Origin: the human T2T-CHM13v2.0 reference genome, Homo sapiens
Assembly (NCBI RefSeq): GCF_009914755.1
Contig: NC_060929.1
Strand: one strand, 5' to 3'
Length of the DNA stretch: 64,000 bases
In this document: piece after piece, positions 33,810 to 50,064 of the stretch
Position numbering within the stretch: the stretch's first letter is position 1
Layout: each line of letters begins with the position of its first letter
Position numbers and translations under genes: made by a program
Notes under the pieces: generated by a model
Database searches by the model: none
What the model was told of the DNA's origin: nothing
Seen by the model: the letters and a program-made list of their open reading frames with translations, nothing else

Positions 33810-36391
33810 ATATCATATTTCTAAATCAAGGAAGCTGAAATTATATACTTAAATATACTCTGGTCAAAATATACATGAACCACAAATATTAACTTCTACC
33901 TACCAACAATTTACAGTTATGTTGTATGTGGAATTTCATTCTTGTCAGAACTCACAATGGAAATAAAATTTCTATTATGGGTGAGAAGATGAGGGAAAGA
34001 ATTAAGGGGAAAAAATTTGGACAGCACACACTTTTCTTTCATTCCAAAGGTGCCAGTCAGAACACAGATCCATGGAGTTCCACATCTAGCCCCAGGCTAC
34101 CAAGCATTAATTCAATGTAAATGGTGTCACTACAACATCAAAAAGAGCAGTGCTAGGCAGAGGATTTTGTATAAAATCATCTAAAACTCTGAAAAACTAC
34201 AAAAGCATCTCAAGAAAAAAATTAGGTAAAAGCAATGGAGTTTATTTCAGTGAAATTATTTTAAATTAGATATGATATATTAAGCTCCCATATGCCCCAA
34301 CCTGGTAGAAAAGTTCCTCTCAGTGAGAAATCATTTATTTTAATGGCAAAATTTTTACATATCAGTAAAATCTGTTATACTTAAAACTATGTATACAGTA
34401 CATTTCTGGCAAAAAACCTTATACATCTTTCAGTTGTCAAGACAAAGTAAAAATATGGTTGCATAAAGTCACAAAAAATATAAACTGCTGAAAAGATAAT
34501 AAAAAAAGATTAAAAATCATTTGCATTGCCTCCCTTACCTCTTCAATATTAGTAACAATTTGCAAACAACAAAAAAATTGTGAAAATTCTGTTGCAACCT
34601 TGACACACTTAACCAAAGGTTGTCATTTCAAATATCCTAGCTTAAAAAAGAATTTACTGCAATTGTCTGTGCATTTATCATACTATTTATAGAAGTGCAA
34701 TATTTAAATATTTTCAAAATAAAACACAGTAACTAAAATGAATCACAATAACTTATAAGAGAAGCAAAGTTTACAAAATTAACAATTTTTAAAAGGTCCT
34801 ATTTAATTGGTTCCTCCTTTTCTTCCCCCCTCCCCACAACAGCGTATATAGCGCCATTACTTAATTCCATATACAAATTTGTAACTTTAAAAATACAGTC
34901 TTCTGTTAACATCAGGAACATTATGCTGCACTTAGAGACCCTAAGTAAAATTAGAATCCCCTAAAGAGAGGGCCACATAAAAAGTAAATACAGTTTTGAA
35001 CTCATATTTAAATGGAACTTCTATTACTTTGTACAGCTTTCAAATTAGAAGTTGAATAGAACAAGCCCTGGACAAAAAGCAGCAAGATTTTTCTTTTGAA
35101 TTCAGTGCATGATTCTAGAAGTGCTTGAGTCAAATCTACTAGAGTCACCATTTATGCAAGCTATCATGACATTTGAGTTCATTATCATCTGGTTACATAA
35201 GTGCTCACTGTATTTGCCAAAAATAATCCTAAAATATGATTCTTAAAATAGAAAAAATATAGCTCTGTTGCAATGGGAAAATGATTAATACAAAAAAATC
35301 AATTTCTTAAAGTTAACATAAGGCAAATATAAATGATACAATATTATCATACACGATACCAATTTTATCTGAGGTGACTACATCTTCATTTACATCTATT
35401 GTGTGATGCAATTAAGAATGACAAAAAAAAATATCAGTGTAAATCAGAAATCTTAGGAAAATCCAGTATCTTTAAAAAGTAATTTAAGCCCAAAACAAAT
35501 GTGACCACTTATTAATAGAATTGATTTGTTCCATATTTTATCAAAATAATAATAATGTTATATCCAACTAAAGAGTTATAACCAAGTGTCATATGTAAAC
35601 TTTAATTGGATCCTAGTTTGAAATAATCAGCTATAAAGAAATTTGGAGTTAACTTCAGAAATTTAAATATGGCTTGATTAGATGATATTGGGGAATTATT
35701 ACTTTTACAATGGTATTACGGATTTTTAGGAGAATGTCATTATCTGTAGGAGATACTTGAAGTATTTTCACGGTGATAAGTATGTCTGTAACATCCAAAT
35801 GGTTCAGGGGGAAAAAAGCATATATACATACACAAACAAACACATATATGCATATATATGCATAACTAGCTGTATCTATACATATATAGGTATAGAGAAA
35901 ACAAATGACAAAACATTAACAACTGCTGAATCTAAATGGTAGATATACATGTGCTTACCAAACAGTTTTTCAATTTTTCTGTTTTTAAAAATGTTCATAA
36001 TAAAATTTGGGGGGGAAGTCATATCAGAGCACTTAAAGTTTGTAAGAGATAGTTTTCTATGCACTGAATCAATTTAAAAGATACATAATCAAATAAGTAG
36101 CAATGTGTGCATATACTCAATAATGACTGACATGATGGGCCAGAGGAATTTGTGAAATTGGCAAAAATAATATGATTTATCTACAGTATATGCAACTCAG
36201 CTCTTGTAACAAAAAGAACATTTTGTGTACAGAATATCGTGGGAATATTTTAAGACTAAAATTAGTGCTAGAGTATCTGAATATATAAATTCTGTGTTTT
36301 TGGACTTGTAAAGCTAAAATGAAATTTAAATTAGGTCTGATATCTGATATGACTTACCATACACTACAGAATTTTAAAAGGGGGATATGGA

Positions 36392-36680
<289 letters not shown>

Positions 36681-37177
36681 GAGGGAGGGATATGGAAGAA
36701 GTTATCCAGACTGTTACTACTGCTGGAAGATACTAGCTATTTATGAAGTTAAGGAGCCCAGAAAACAAAATCACCTATAAAGGTCTTGGGAATTCTAGGC
36801 AAATATTTATTGAATAAATTTATAACACGTAATATATAACACGTAATAATATATGAAGGCCTTTATGTAAATTAATATTTCAAAGCCCTGTGTACACTAA
36901 ATATAAAATAGCCAAAAATCAAGTAAGCCTGAGACCTATAATTCACTGTGTATATTATGCTATATACATACTGCACAATGAACAACAAAATGATCTTAAT
37001 TCATTTCTGCATATTAGGCTTTTAACTATAAATCATGTTCCAATCCCTGTGCAAATTGCATTCCAAAACGCCAGCCCTCGGTTATAATTATGTATAACTT
37101 GATTACAAATGGAAGCATTTGGCTGTGACTTATTATGCATGCTTATTGCTGCAAAAGAAATAAGCAAAGTTTTCTGT

Positions 37178-37438
<261 letters not shown>

Positions 37439-38339
37439 TCAATTTATTATAGTCTATGACCTTCTCCCAAAAATTTTTGTAACAGTATTGAATTTGCTTC
37501 TTTAAGTGGGGCTGCTGGCCAGCTATCAAGAGCACGCTTATTCTAAATACCTTCTAAAACAGTCAATGAGCCTGTATTAAACTATTCATCTTTTTTACAT
37601 ATAGTATGTATTCTCAAGATAGCTAACCAAAGTTGGGTACAGTATAGCTACTCATCAGTTGCAATCCAAGGTTAAGAGCCCAGTAAACCAACAATCTAGG
37701 GATTAATAAATATTATTCTATAGCAATAAAAAGTAATCCCTCTATATTAAAATCATAGAATCGATGCACTTAAAATTTGGAGGGTATACTGGAAACCATC
37801 TCATCCAGCCCCTCACTTTATTGATAAGAAAACAAACCCAGAGAAATGACTTGCCCAAGGTAACAAATGAACAGAAAGGTAAGTCTAGAACCCAACTCTC
37901 CTAAGTCTCAGCTCAGTGCTTTTTACTTTCCACTTTCCCTTCATATTTCATTTAGTATTTCATAAAAGAGCAACAATTCCAATGAATAAAAATCGAAGAA
38001 AAACTAAGGTTGGGAACACAGTACAAAAACAAAATGGGCATTCAATTGGTATACCCCAGTACTAGTAAATCTAAGGTTGCAAATTTGATCCAAATACAAG
38101 AAAAATAAAACTCATTCCGTATTTCAGACTGCATTAGTATATGTTAGCAGATACGTACTATATGGACCTAAAGATAACCAGACAAACTGGTTTGGCCAAC
38201 ATATCATGGCTCAAACCTGTGTCTTTCTGCTACTATGTGTGTACTATCTTTGAGTTTATAAAGAAGAAAAAAATTCAAACGTGAACCTCATCTAATAATT
38301 CTATGCAACCTTCCATAAGCAAAGGTGATACTATATATA

Positions 38340-38476
38340 TATATTTTAATATTTTGTAAAGACAGAGTCTCAGTATGTTGCTAAGGCTGGTCTCAAATTC
38401 CTGGGCTCAAGCCATCCTCCCACCTCAGCCTCCCAAAGTGCTGGGCTGTTTACAGGCATAAGCCACCACACCTGCA
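38340..38476 (-). mobile_element. Monomeric Alu (FLAM)
   Basis: Single reverse left arm. Confidence 0.75.
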
Positions 38477-38884
38477 CTCAACAGCGTAGCTTAATGCAAT
38501 TGAATTGGCCAATGAAGAATTGCCATAACTTCATTCTTAACTGAAAACTTATTTAATAATAAATAAAAGCTTACAGAAGAGTCAATATTTATTTCTAAAT
38601 AAAACATTGTCTCTTATCAAAATGAACTACACCAAAAAAACAAATGCAGCAGAAAACTATCACCTTAGGATCAGACTACACCTGGCTTTAAGGATTTTAC
38701 AAGATGATAATCTTAAAAGGACAATATGCTATAAGATTACAAGAAAAATAAGATTCATAAATGTTAATATTGCAAAGGCACAAGAAATCACATTTTTTAT
38801 TCCTTTGCAGTTGAATTACTAGGAACAAGTCAAGAAGCCTCAAAAGAATCAAGGCGTAAAATACCAAGTTAGTAACAAGGTCTA

Positions 38885-39040
<156 letters not shown>

Positions 39041-39139
39041 CTAGCACATGGTATAACAAAAACCAAGTCAAAAGTAATTCTTCTATAAAACATTTTATAG
39101 ACTATGGGTTTGCCAAATATGCTAATAATCAAAATGTTA

Positions 39140-39658
<519 letters not shown>

Positions 39659-40024
39659 TCAGGAGAAGGACTTTGAATAGAGCTGAGACTGAAAGTAACA
39701 GTTTAGGGAATTTAGAATATGACTTAATTTATATTTATATTCATACTGTATTATTGTCACTTTTTGCACTGAAATTTTCCTCTTCTAGCTCGCACTTCAT
39801 TGTGTATGTTGAGGGAAATGCTCCAATTTCCCTCCAGTTTTAAGAGGGAGAATGTATTGACACAGCAATGGGGGGAAAAAAGTTATGGGACAAATGACAG
39901 CGACAAACAATGAAAAGAACAGCTTATTTCCAGCTTAGAAAGAGAACATATTAGGTAGCTTCATTATAATACTCTTTTGATATAATGTTAAGTGAAGATA
40001 ATGTAACAACAAGAAAAACAGTAG

Positions 40025-40260
40025 ACAACTACTGAGTACTTACTATATGCTAAGTTTTATGCTAAACACTTCATATACACTATCTCCCCTCATCATCGAA
40101 ACAATTATATGAAGATAATATCTCTTTGTTTTAAATGAAGGAATTGAGGTTAAAAAAAAACATCAAGGAACATGCTCAAGGTCACAAAGACAGTAAGTGA
40201 CAGAACCAGGATTATGACCCAGTTCTGTGTGACTGGAAAGGCCATGCCCTGAATGATTTC
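40025..40260 (-). mobile_element. MIR SINE
   Basis: ACTGAGTACTTACTATATGC...TCAAGGTCACA...CAGAACCAGGATTATGACCCAG. Confidence 0.65.
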
Positions 40261-41118
40261 CTATTCTAATTCCCTAACTTCGTATATTTAAGAATATGTT
40301 TGACCTGAACTATGTCACTTTGCTAAAACTAAATAAAATCCAGAGACGAAAAAAAAAACAAGAAAAGAACAATGGTTATCTTCTGGGTCATGGGATTAAA
40401 GATAATTTTTTATTCTCTTCTCTATTGTTGGTGTTTTTCTAAGTTTTTTCAATTGTCATGTATTATATTTTAATTGGAAGAAAATAGGTAAAATACAAAC
40501 AAAAACATTTCTTACCTAGATATCTTAAAATATAAATTTTAGAGAATGATTTGTCCTTTCCCTTTGGTGATAAAATCATGCCGTGCCATTCATGGTCTCT
40601 TTTTTAGCTAGTCTAAAACGTGTAGTAAGTGGAAAGTAATCAAGCTTCAAGTTCCACATATAATCTTTCCTTCTTCTTCATTATACTAATGCTTTCATAT
40701 TTACTATTCCTAGATCCATATCTGATTTCTTTCTTCCTTCTCAGATAAATGTGCAGTCTAGCCATTAGAAGACCAAAAGGACCAAAATTTCCACAGGGGG
40801 GAAAAAAAAGAAACAAGGCTTGCAATAAAATTGTTTAAGTCTTCATCAGAAATGGCTCACTCTAATTTGAGAAGAAAATTTGTCATCGTCATTTTTGTCT
40901 AATTTAAACTATTAGGTTGAACCAGATGAAACTGGTTATACTGACTTTTACCTACAAAACAGGAATTTTGCATGTAATTCAATGTATACTACCAGGAAAA
41001 ACATGTCAATTAAATCTCATTCCTTGGGATTAAAAAAAGAAAAAAAATACAATAATTCATGAGATAAGAAATAAAATAGCCACCCACAAATTTACTACTG
41101 AAAAGTATTAATCCTAAC

Positions 41119-41570
41119 GCCAGGCATACTGGCTCACACCTGTAATCCCAACACTGGGAGGGAAAGGCACAAGGATCACTTGAGGCCAGGAGTTCAAGAC
41201 CAGCCTGGGCAAAAATAGCAAGACCCTGTCACTACAAACAAAAACAAAAAGCAAAACAATAACAACAAAAAACAGCCAGGCATGATGGTGGATGCCTGTA
41301 GTCTCAACTACTAGGGAGGCTAAAGTGGGAGGATCACTTGACCCAGGAGTTACTGGCTACAGTGAGCTATGATCACACCACTGCACTCCAGGCTGGGTGA
41401 CAGAGCAAAACCTTGTCTCAAAAAAAATAAATAAATAAAAATAAAAGATATACATATATATGGGGCCTCGCTATGTTACCCAGGCTGGTCTCAAACTCCT
41501 GAGCTCACATGATCCTCTTTCCTCAGCTTCCCAAAGTGCTGGAATTACAGGTGTGAGCCACAGCACCAAT
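41119..41570. mobile_element. AluJ (+, 41119-41445) abutting a reverse Alu left-arm fragment (41461-41570)
   Basis: Opposite-orientation Alu sequences ~15 bp apart. Confidence 0.82.
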
Positions 41571-41866
41571 CTTTCATTAGCTTTTTTGTTAATTTAAAAA
41601 GTAATATGATGTTCACTGTAAAAATTTCAAAACAAAGATGTGTAAGTAAAAAGTGAAAGCCCTCCCTCTTACGAATCTTACTTCCCTAAGGTAACCGGTT
41701 TACTATGTATTTCTAATAACAAAATAAAATAAATGTGTCTATACACTCTATTTTTTTTACATAAAAACAGGATTACACTGTATATTCTGTTCTGCAACTT
41801 TTTTTTTTTCACATAACTTTTATCATGGATACTATCAGATCTGATAACTTCCAAACTGCTTTATTA

Positions 41867-42124
<258 letters not shown>

Positions 42125-42486
42125 TCATTTTAACCTAAGATTCAGTTCATCAAAAACTTCAAATATGGATATTTCATAAAGAATTCTTAAGCAGAATATG
42201 GTTTTTATAGCCACTACTACATGTTACAACGTTAATTCCATCAGTATTATCTTTGAAAACAAAAGTCAAGAAGTTTTGTAAATTACACACCATGGCTAAA
42301 ATTCTGTTCTACTATTTACTATGGCCCTGATGGGATCTGACAATAGGGCCAAATCTTGAACAAACATATCACTATTCAATTTAAAACCATTGGTTTTTGT
42401 TACAGAGGAGAGATTAAGTGATATTTCATCAACTGAGAATGTTCTTTAGTAATGGACTCTGAGCCCACAATCCCAATAACACAAGA

Positions 42487-42732
42487 CCCCTTACACCAAG
42501 GTGAAAGGATCCTGAGGCTGTGAAAGAAAGCCAGGCAAATTGGTTCACAGAGTTTTTAAATCCCGTTTGCAGTGCATTGTAGTCAAGTGCCTTAACTAGC
42601 TGCAGACTACCCCTTACACCAAGGTGAAAGGATCCTGAGGCTGTGAAAGAAAGCCAGGCAAATTGGTTCACAGAGTTTTTAAATCCCGTTTGCAGTGCAT
42701 TGTAGTCAAGTGCCTTAACTAGCTGCAGACTA
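42487..42732 (+). repeat. Perfect 123-bp tandem duplication (42487-42609, 42610-42732)
   Basis: Base-by-base identical copies CCCCTTACACCAAGG...AGCTGCAGACTA. Confidence 0.95.
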
Positions 42733-43940
42733 GTTAGATCACCCATTCAAAGCCTGGATTCAGGAAAAGGATTTCTTTAAATTTATGTACTGCTGAACTG
42801 ATCGATAAATATTATTTTGAAAGTAAAAGTTCTCATACACCAAGAGCTTGAAGAAAGACTTTATCCAAACTAGAAAAATTAAATTTCAGTAATAGCCCAT
42901 TGCATATATGCACAGTTATAACATTTCTTTTTATTTATTTAAATAACAACTTTCCACAGTCTCCATGTCCTGAATTGTTTTATTCCTAAAAGAATTAAGA
43001 TAGACAACACCATTTTTTTAAAAATTTTTTAAATAATTTTTGACATTAAGTTAATATTTAAAAAAAAGATGAAACTTGACAAATCTAAAATTAGGTACTC
43101 CTGCCTTACTCACAGCCATATTTTTACACAAATCTCATTTCTTTGAGCAGTCTAGGCCAACAAGCTTATAAAAATAGAAAATACTACAGTATTTCTGCAT
43201 TGAGTTAATCAAGATGCAAAACATTCACACAAATAAGCATGGTTTGGGTGAAAAGTTATTAAAAGTTCATTATAAATCTAGCAAACTTCAGCTTCTGTTT
43301 TCAATTTCAGTAGTATAGTGAAGGACAAAGAGTTATTCTTAAAAATATTAAATTCTCCTGTTTTCCAAACTATTCAAAAAGCGACACTGTACAAATATCT
43401 TCATGTTCTCAATGCTGGTAGTTAGTAAATTGAGAGGTTAAAATTCTTATAATATTGCAGTCTCTAAAAGGTTTAAAGAACAAAGATTCAACATAAATGA
43501 AGTCTAAAGATTACTTCAGCCCAGTTCCCCAAGACATTTTATCATGAAACATAAAGGTACTACAAAATGCCATCTATGTAAAAAATTAAAGCTACACATT
43601 ACATGTTTAATTTTTCCTCTAAGTAAATAGTAATCCTTTTCTAACTACTAGATATTTCTGTATTATTCAAGTTTCCAGTGTCTTACCTACTTTTTAAACA
43701 CCCTAGTTTTAAACTTTCCATTTCTTCCACCTGGGAAAAAAATTAATGTACTCTCTTCTAACAACTTTAATATAATGTTGACTTGTAGTCCTTAACCCTC
43801 ATTCACATATAAATGTGGTTAAGAATAAGCCTTATCTTTCTTTCCTTTCATTAGAATTAAATATGACACTATAGACTAACAAAATCTAGGAGAAAAAGAC
43901 AATTTCAAATGTATTGAGGGAGGCAGGGTATCAAATACTA

Positions 43941-44045
<105 letters not shown>

Positions 44046-44701
44046 TCAGCTACTCAAAAGATTTCCCAAAGACAAAAATTAAAATCCCATTAAACAATAA
44101 AATTGAGTTTGCATTAAAATGATAAATCATCATTTTGTTATTTGCTTCAACAAAATCCTATGGTCTATTGTAGCCAAATATTCTGCCATTATGCCCTAAA
44201 ATGTGTAATCTATTTCAACATTTAAAGTTAGTGCACTGTTAGAGTTTAATACAAATATATTAAGCTGTTGGTTATTTTGCTTATTAGAAAAAACTTGCCA
44301 TGTTTAAGTTTTATTAATACAGAAATCACTAGGGAAAATAATCTATAACAGATGAATAGAAGGATTAAAATTCAAAGTTCCTATTAAGCCTGTTCTGATT
44401 CTTTAAAAAAAAAAAAAAAAAAAAAAAACAGTAATTTTGAATTTCAAAGTTCCCTCACAGTTTTACTCCAAAAAGAAACTGTTGCTCCCTCAAAAATGCA
44501 CCCTATAAAAATAATCAACTGAGGAATAAGAAATTCAAATAATTTAGCCAATTACTATTTTAAAAAAAAACAAAACACCAAAACAACCAGCTCAGGTTTG
44601 GTTGGCATTTTCCAGTTAATCTCTGAACATTTAAATAGATATAGATATAGATACATAGATGTAGTCAAAACTGAGGAAAATTTTTATAAGAATGTTCTCT
44701 G

Positions 44702-45005
<304 letters not shown>

Positions 45006-45116
45006 GTTATCTGATTTGAACTAAAACCAACCTAAAGAAAAGAAGAGATTCCTTTTTCTCTTAGGTTTAGTAAGGTCAATGGCAATTTATATAGGAAATA
45101 CAGAAAAAATAAATTC

Positions 45117-45416
<300 letters not shown>

Positions 45417-45745
45417 TAAATTCATTTTTAACAATCAAAATGTTCTTTAAACAAATTATAATTTACTATCATTTAAAACATTTTTAAATTTTTAAATAAA
45501 TTTTTTTAATTAAAAAATTGTTTTAAATAATTTTAAATAATTAAATTCACATAGTTCACTTCTGGTTTTTAAGGTTTTAAATAATTCCATCCCACTCACT
45601 TTCCTTCTTCTCCATACTTGATTCTTTTGAACATATTGGAAATAAAGCTGCTACCTTCTCTTTCACAAATAATACTCTTTTCAAATAGTCTCTCTAATAC
45701 TACCAACTTAAGTTGTTTAAAATTTAATTTTAAAGATATTTAAAG

Positions 45746-46040
45746 AGCCAGGTGCAGTGGTGCACACCTGTAATCCCAATACTTTGGGAAGCTGTGGTAG
45801 GAAGATCACTTGAGGCCAGGAGTTCAAGAGCAGCCTGGACAACATAGTGAGAACTTGTCTCTACAAAAAGACAAAACAGCCTGGCATGGTAGTGCACGCC
45901 TGCAGTCCCAGCTACTCAGGAGGCTGAGGCAGGAGGGTCACCTGGCCCAGTAGTTTGGGGATGCAGTGAGCTATGATCACGTCGCTGCCCTCCAGCCTGG
46001 GCGACAAAGCGAAACCCTGCCTCTATAAAATAATAGTAAT
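45746..46040 (+). mobile_element. AluJ SINE
   Basis: TAAAGA(T/C)ATTTAAAG TSD. Confidence 0.88.
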
Positions 46041-46217
46041 AAAGACATTTAAAGCTAAGAAAAGATGATTTCTTAGCTTTTCTTCTTTTTGTATCTTCAT
46101 AGACAAAACAGAATACTTTGATATACTCAGTCTATTACTTTATGTAATCTTTTACAGTTATCTGAAGAATTCTAGGTAGGTTCATTGAAACTATAAGAAC
46201 ATTAGAAATGAACGTTA

Positions 46218-46385
<168 letters not shown>

Positions 46386-47116
46386 CTAAGAAAAGTTAGA
46401 GAGGCTTTTTAAAGGTGTGTCTTTCAAAGTAAATTGTCCTATCTATAATTCTCCAACCTATAAAATTGTCAAAATACATGAAAATCTTCCGAATGAACTT
46501 CACTTATGAGATACTTTTGACATGAGGAGGAGATACCTGCAGCACAAAACAGAAATGCTAAGATGGTCTTGGAACCCAAATCAGTAACTCAAGTTTCTAA
46601 TATTATCATTTGCATATGACTACATTGTAACAGCTTGCCTTCCTCTATATCTCATGAGTTATTTCAAATAATTTCAATATCTACTTGAAATTTGGCATAT
46701 TTCCTTTTATAAGCGGCAAATGTTTACTCTTTCATTCTTTTAACAAATTACTGAATACCTTCAACGTGCTACACATTGCTTTAGACACTCATTACACAGC
46801 AATGAATAAAACAAAGGCTAATCTAGTTGATGAAAATAGACTAATAAATATAGTCAGAAGGAGTGATACTGTTTTGAAGAAAAATAAAGCAAAATATAGG
46901 TGCAGTGAGTGATAGTGGGGTGAGGGACACTATTTTAGACCATGAGGAAGTAATATTTAAGCACTATTCATAAACCAGCAAGCAACTATGTTGCTATATG
47001 TCCTAAAATAGAAGACATTTTAACAACAAACACCTTAATTCATTTAATAAAATATCATAGCATTTTATCTTTAATATGCTTGCTAAAAAAAAAATCTTAC
47101 ATAGCAACTACCTTTT

Positions 47117-47454
47117 CATTTTTGTTTTTTGTGTTTTTTTGGGGGGGCGGGGTTTTAAATTTATCTATATTTTGAGATCCAGTCTCGTTCTGTCATCCAG
47201 GCTGGAGTGCAGTGATGCCATCACGGCTCACTGCAGCCTCGGCTTCCCTGGGGTCCCGCAATCCTCCCACCCCAGCCTCCTAAGTAGTTGGGACCACAGG
47301 CACATGCCACCACGCCCACTAATTTTTGTATTTCTGATAGAGACAGGACTTTGCCATGTTGCCCAGGCTGGTCTCGAACTCCTGAGCTCAGGCAATCTAC
47401 CGCTTCAGCATCCCAAAGTGCTGAGATTACAGACATGTGCCACTGCATGCAGCC
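47117..47454 (-). mobile_element. AluJ SINE
   Basis: Diverged reverse Alu. Confidence 0.85.
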
Positions 47455-49446
47455 TGAAGTATTTTTTTTAAACTTCTCTATGTATCCATATATTATTACC
47501 ACTTTTTTCAACATAAGTGACAGCCATTACTTGGACATGCCTGCTCCCAAGAAGTCATATTTAATAAATAAGCTATTAATCCTCTAGGCGAAGGACTCCA
47601 ATATGCAATTCTCTAACACAGGTCACAAATTAGCATTCTAAAACCAGACTTACACCTTAAAGGGCATGGATAATATGGGAGAAAATACAAATCAGTAATT
47701 TATTTTGAAACAAGAAACTATTATAAGATACCATTCCTCTAGAAAAATACTAATCCTTTAGCATTCTAATACTTTTATTTCTAGATTTGTAGGTTCATGG
47801 GGAAAAAAAAGAGTATCTGTTCAAATATGAAAAAATAGGAGAAAACTTGATTAAACAAAATATAAAAAGTAAAATAGGCTACAAAAATGAAAATTATACT
47901 GTATTAGTAACAAGTACAATTACAAAGGATGGAGAAAGGGATGTCTATAAAGGAAGGTTAGAAAAGTCAAAATACATTTCCAATTAAATGTAACAGATTA
48001 AATCTTTTGTCTCCAACTCTTGAAACATCACTAAAATGACATCAGCAATAAAACAGGCATATAAAGACAAAAAGAACAAAAGAGACAGCAGTAATCAAGA
48101 GGAGTCACCAAGGACGACAATAGATAAACAGTAATAAAGACTAAGCCTACAAGAGAAAGCTAAAACCTAAGCCTATAGGGGTAGAAACCAGTAAAAAATA
48201 AACATCTGCATACAAAGCCTGGGAAGCCTTAGAAATTGGAAACACAGGGAACTGCTCAAGGTAGAAGTGAGAGATGAGCTGAAAACAGGACAAGTGCTTG
48301 AAGTAAGAAGCTTTTAAACTCACCCATATTGGGGAATAAGACCTATAATTTACTCTAGTAAGGCTGAACCAGCTCTGCTCTCAAGGACACCAAGGCAGGG
48401 ATAAGGCATCCTAAGGAAAACATGGGGGCTAAGACAAAGTCAACATACTAACTAGTGAGACTTGCATCTCTTTTCTCCACTCAGCTCCTGGAGCACTGGC
48501 AGCTAAGCTAAGGCCTTTAAGGAAATGGGAAGGTTTCTTCTGGAGCAAATATCTGATCCAAGAAAACATATTTGTTATTATTAGCATTTGGTATACAGTA
48601 ATAAAACAGACAAGTCCCTACCTATTCAAGCTATGAGAAAACCCAGCAATCAGTAAGTCCTACCCACATGAGCCTGGCATTTAATACCCTATTCTTAAAT
48701 ATTTAGTGGACAGCCAAGAATCACCAAATATCTGAAGAAGGGCCATGCATCAAAGACAAAAATGAATAAAATGAATGCAGAGAGCACAGAAGGTACAGAA
48801 CAAGACGGAACAGAGGAAGACTTTTTTTAAAATGCCATCCTCAGACTAGGTTATTATATCTGTGAGGCAAATAACAGCAGACTAAAAAAATGAAAATTTC
48901 AGAAAATAAGAAACTTTTGAAATAGAAAATACGGGTGCTGAAATTTTAATATTCAACTGGTAAAACTGAAGAAATACCCACAAGGTAAAACCAAGAAATA
49001 AACAACAACAGAAAAGATAAGAAAAATATATATCAATTGTGCCTGTTTCCCATTTCTCCAGGCAGAACTTTTTTTTTTTTTTTTTTTTTTGGTAAGGAGA
49101 AGCAGGAGTAAAGGGGAGTACCTGAAATAGAAATGAATCATGTTAAGAAATAGTAAAATCAAAATTAACTTGGTTAATAAGTTTGATTTTGATAAAAGTA
49201 AATAGACATGCTATATAGAACAAATGAATGAGTAATGTAAATAACTTAAAATTGAGAGAAAAGCTCTCTTTTCAGGGCTAGCTACAGCTCTCCCACAAAG
49301 GGGCTTTTGCATACCACATAACCTGGGTATGAGAAAAAGTATGGGCAGAGGGCAGTGTTGAGTTTTTGTATCTGTAACTTAAGGTAGTGTTCAAAATGTC
49401 CTACAAAGTTCCTTCCAGCTGTAAATTCTTTATATCTAATTCCTAC

Positions 49447-49491
49447 CTCCTTCGTGGAGCCTGTTTTTACTACTCCAGGTACATCAGATTT
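49447..49491 (-). CDS. PRKAA1: PRKAA1 45-nt alternative cassette exon KSDVPGVVKTGSTKE (long isoform)
   Basis: tttcag|AAA...GAG|gtagga, phase 0/0; matches the 15-aa insert I recall for the longer alpha1 isoform. Confidence 0.88.
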
Positions 49492-49832
49492 CTGAAACCA
49501 AAAAATGAATGCAATTTAAATGTGGCTAGAATTGACTAGCAAGGCCTAGATCTTTAAGTAATAATAATATATTTTGTAACGATTAATTACATTAAGATAC
49601 ATATTCAAAGTATTTGTATACCCTGGAAGCATAAGTCTGAGGATTATGAGTTCTGGGGGCTCAAGCCAATTCCGTCATTAATAAATCACGTTACTGTGAG
49701 CAATCATATAAGCTGCGAGGCTCAGTATCCACATCTGTATAAACAGGCTAAGGAGATAATCTTTAAGATCCTTTCTAGTTCTACATAGTTTATGATTCTA
49801 AACAAATATATGACTAAGGGAACTGGTTATTA

Positions 49833-50042
<210 letters not shown>

Positions 50043-50064
50043 CTACAAATATTAAAACACATAT

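Noticed and set aside
41833-41846. 14-bp palindrome TATCAGATCTGATA near the exon 6 donor
   Set aside because: A palindrome of this length is expected by chance in 64 kb of AT-rich DNA
42429-42746. 105-aa ORF with an internally repeated 41-aa unit
   Set aside because: By-product of the 123-bp duplication; non-ATG start and no recognisable domain
45470-45548. Almost pure A/T tract with local self-complementarity
   Set aside because: Low-complexity sequence without a long perfect stem
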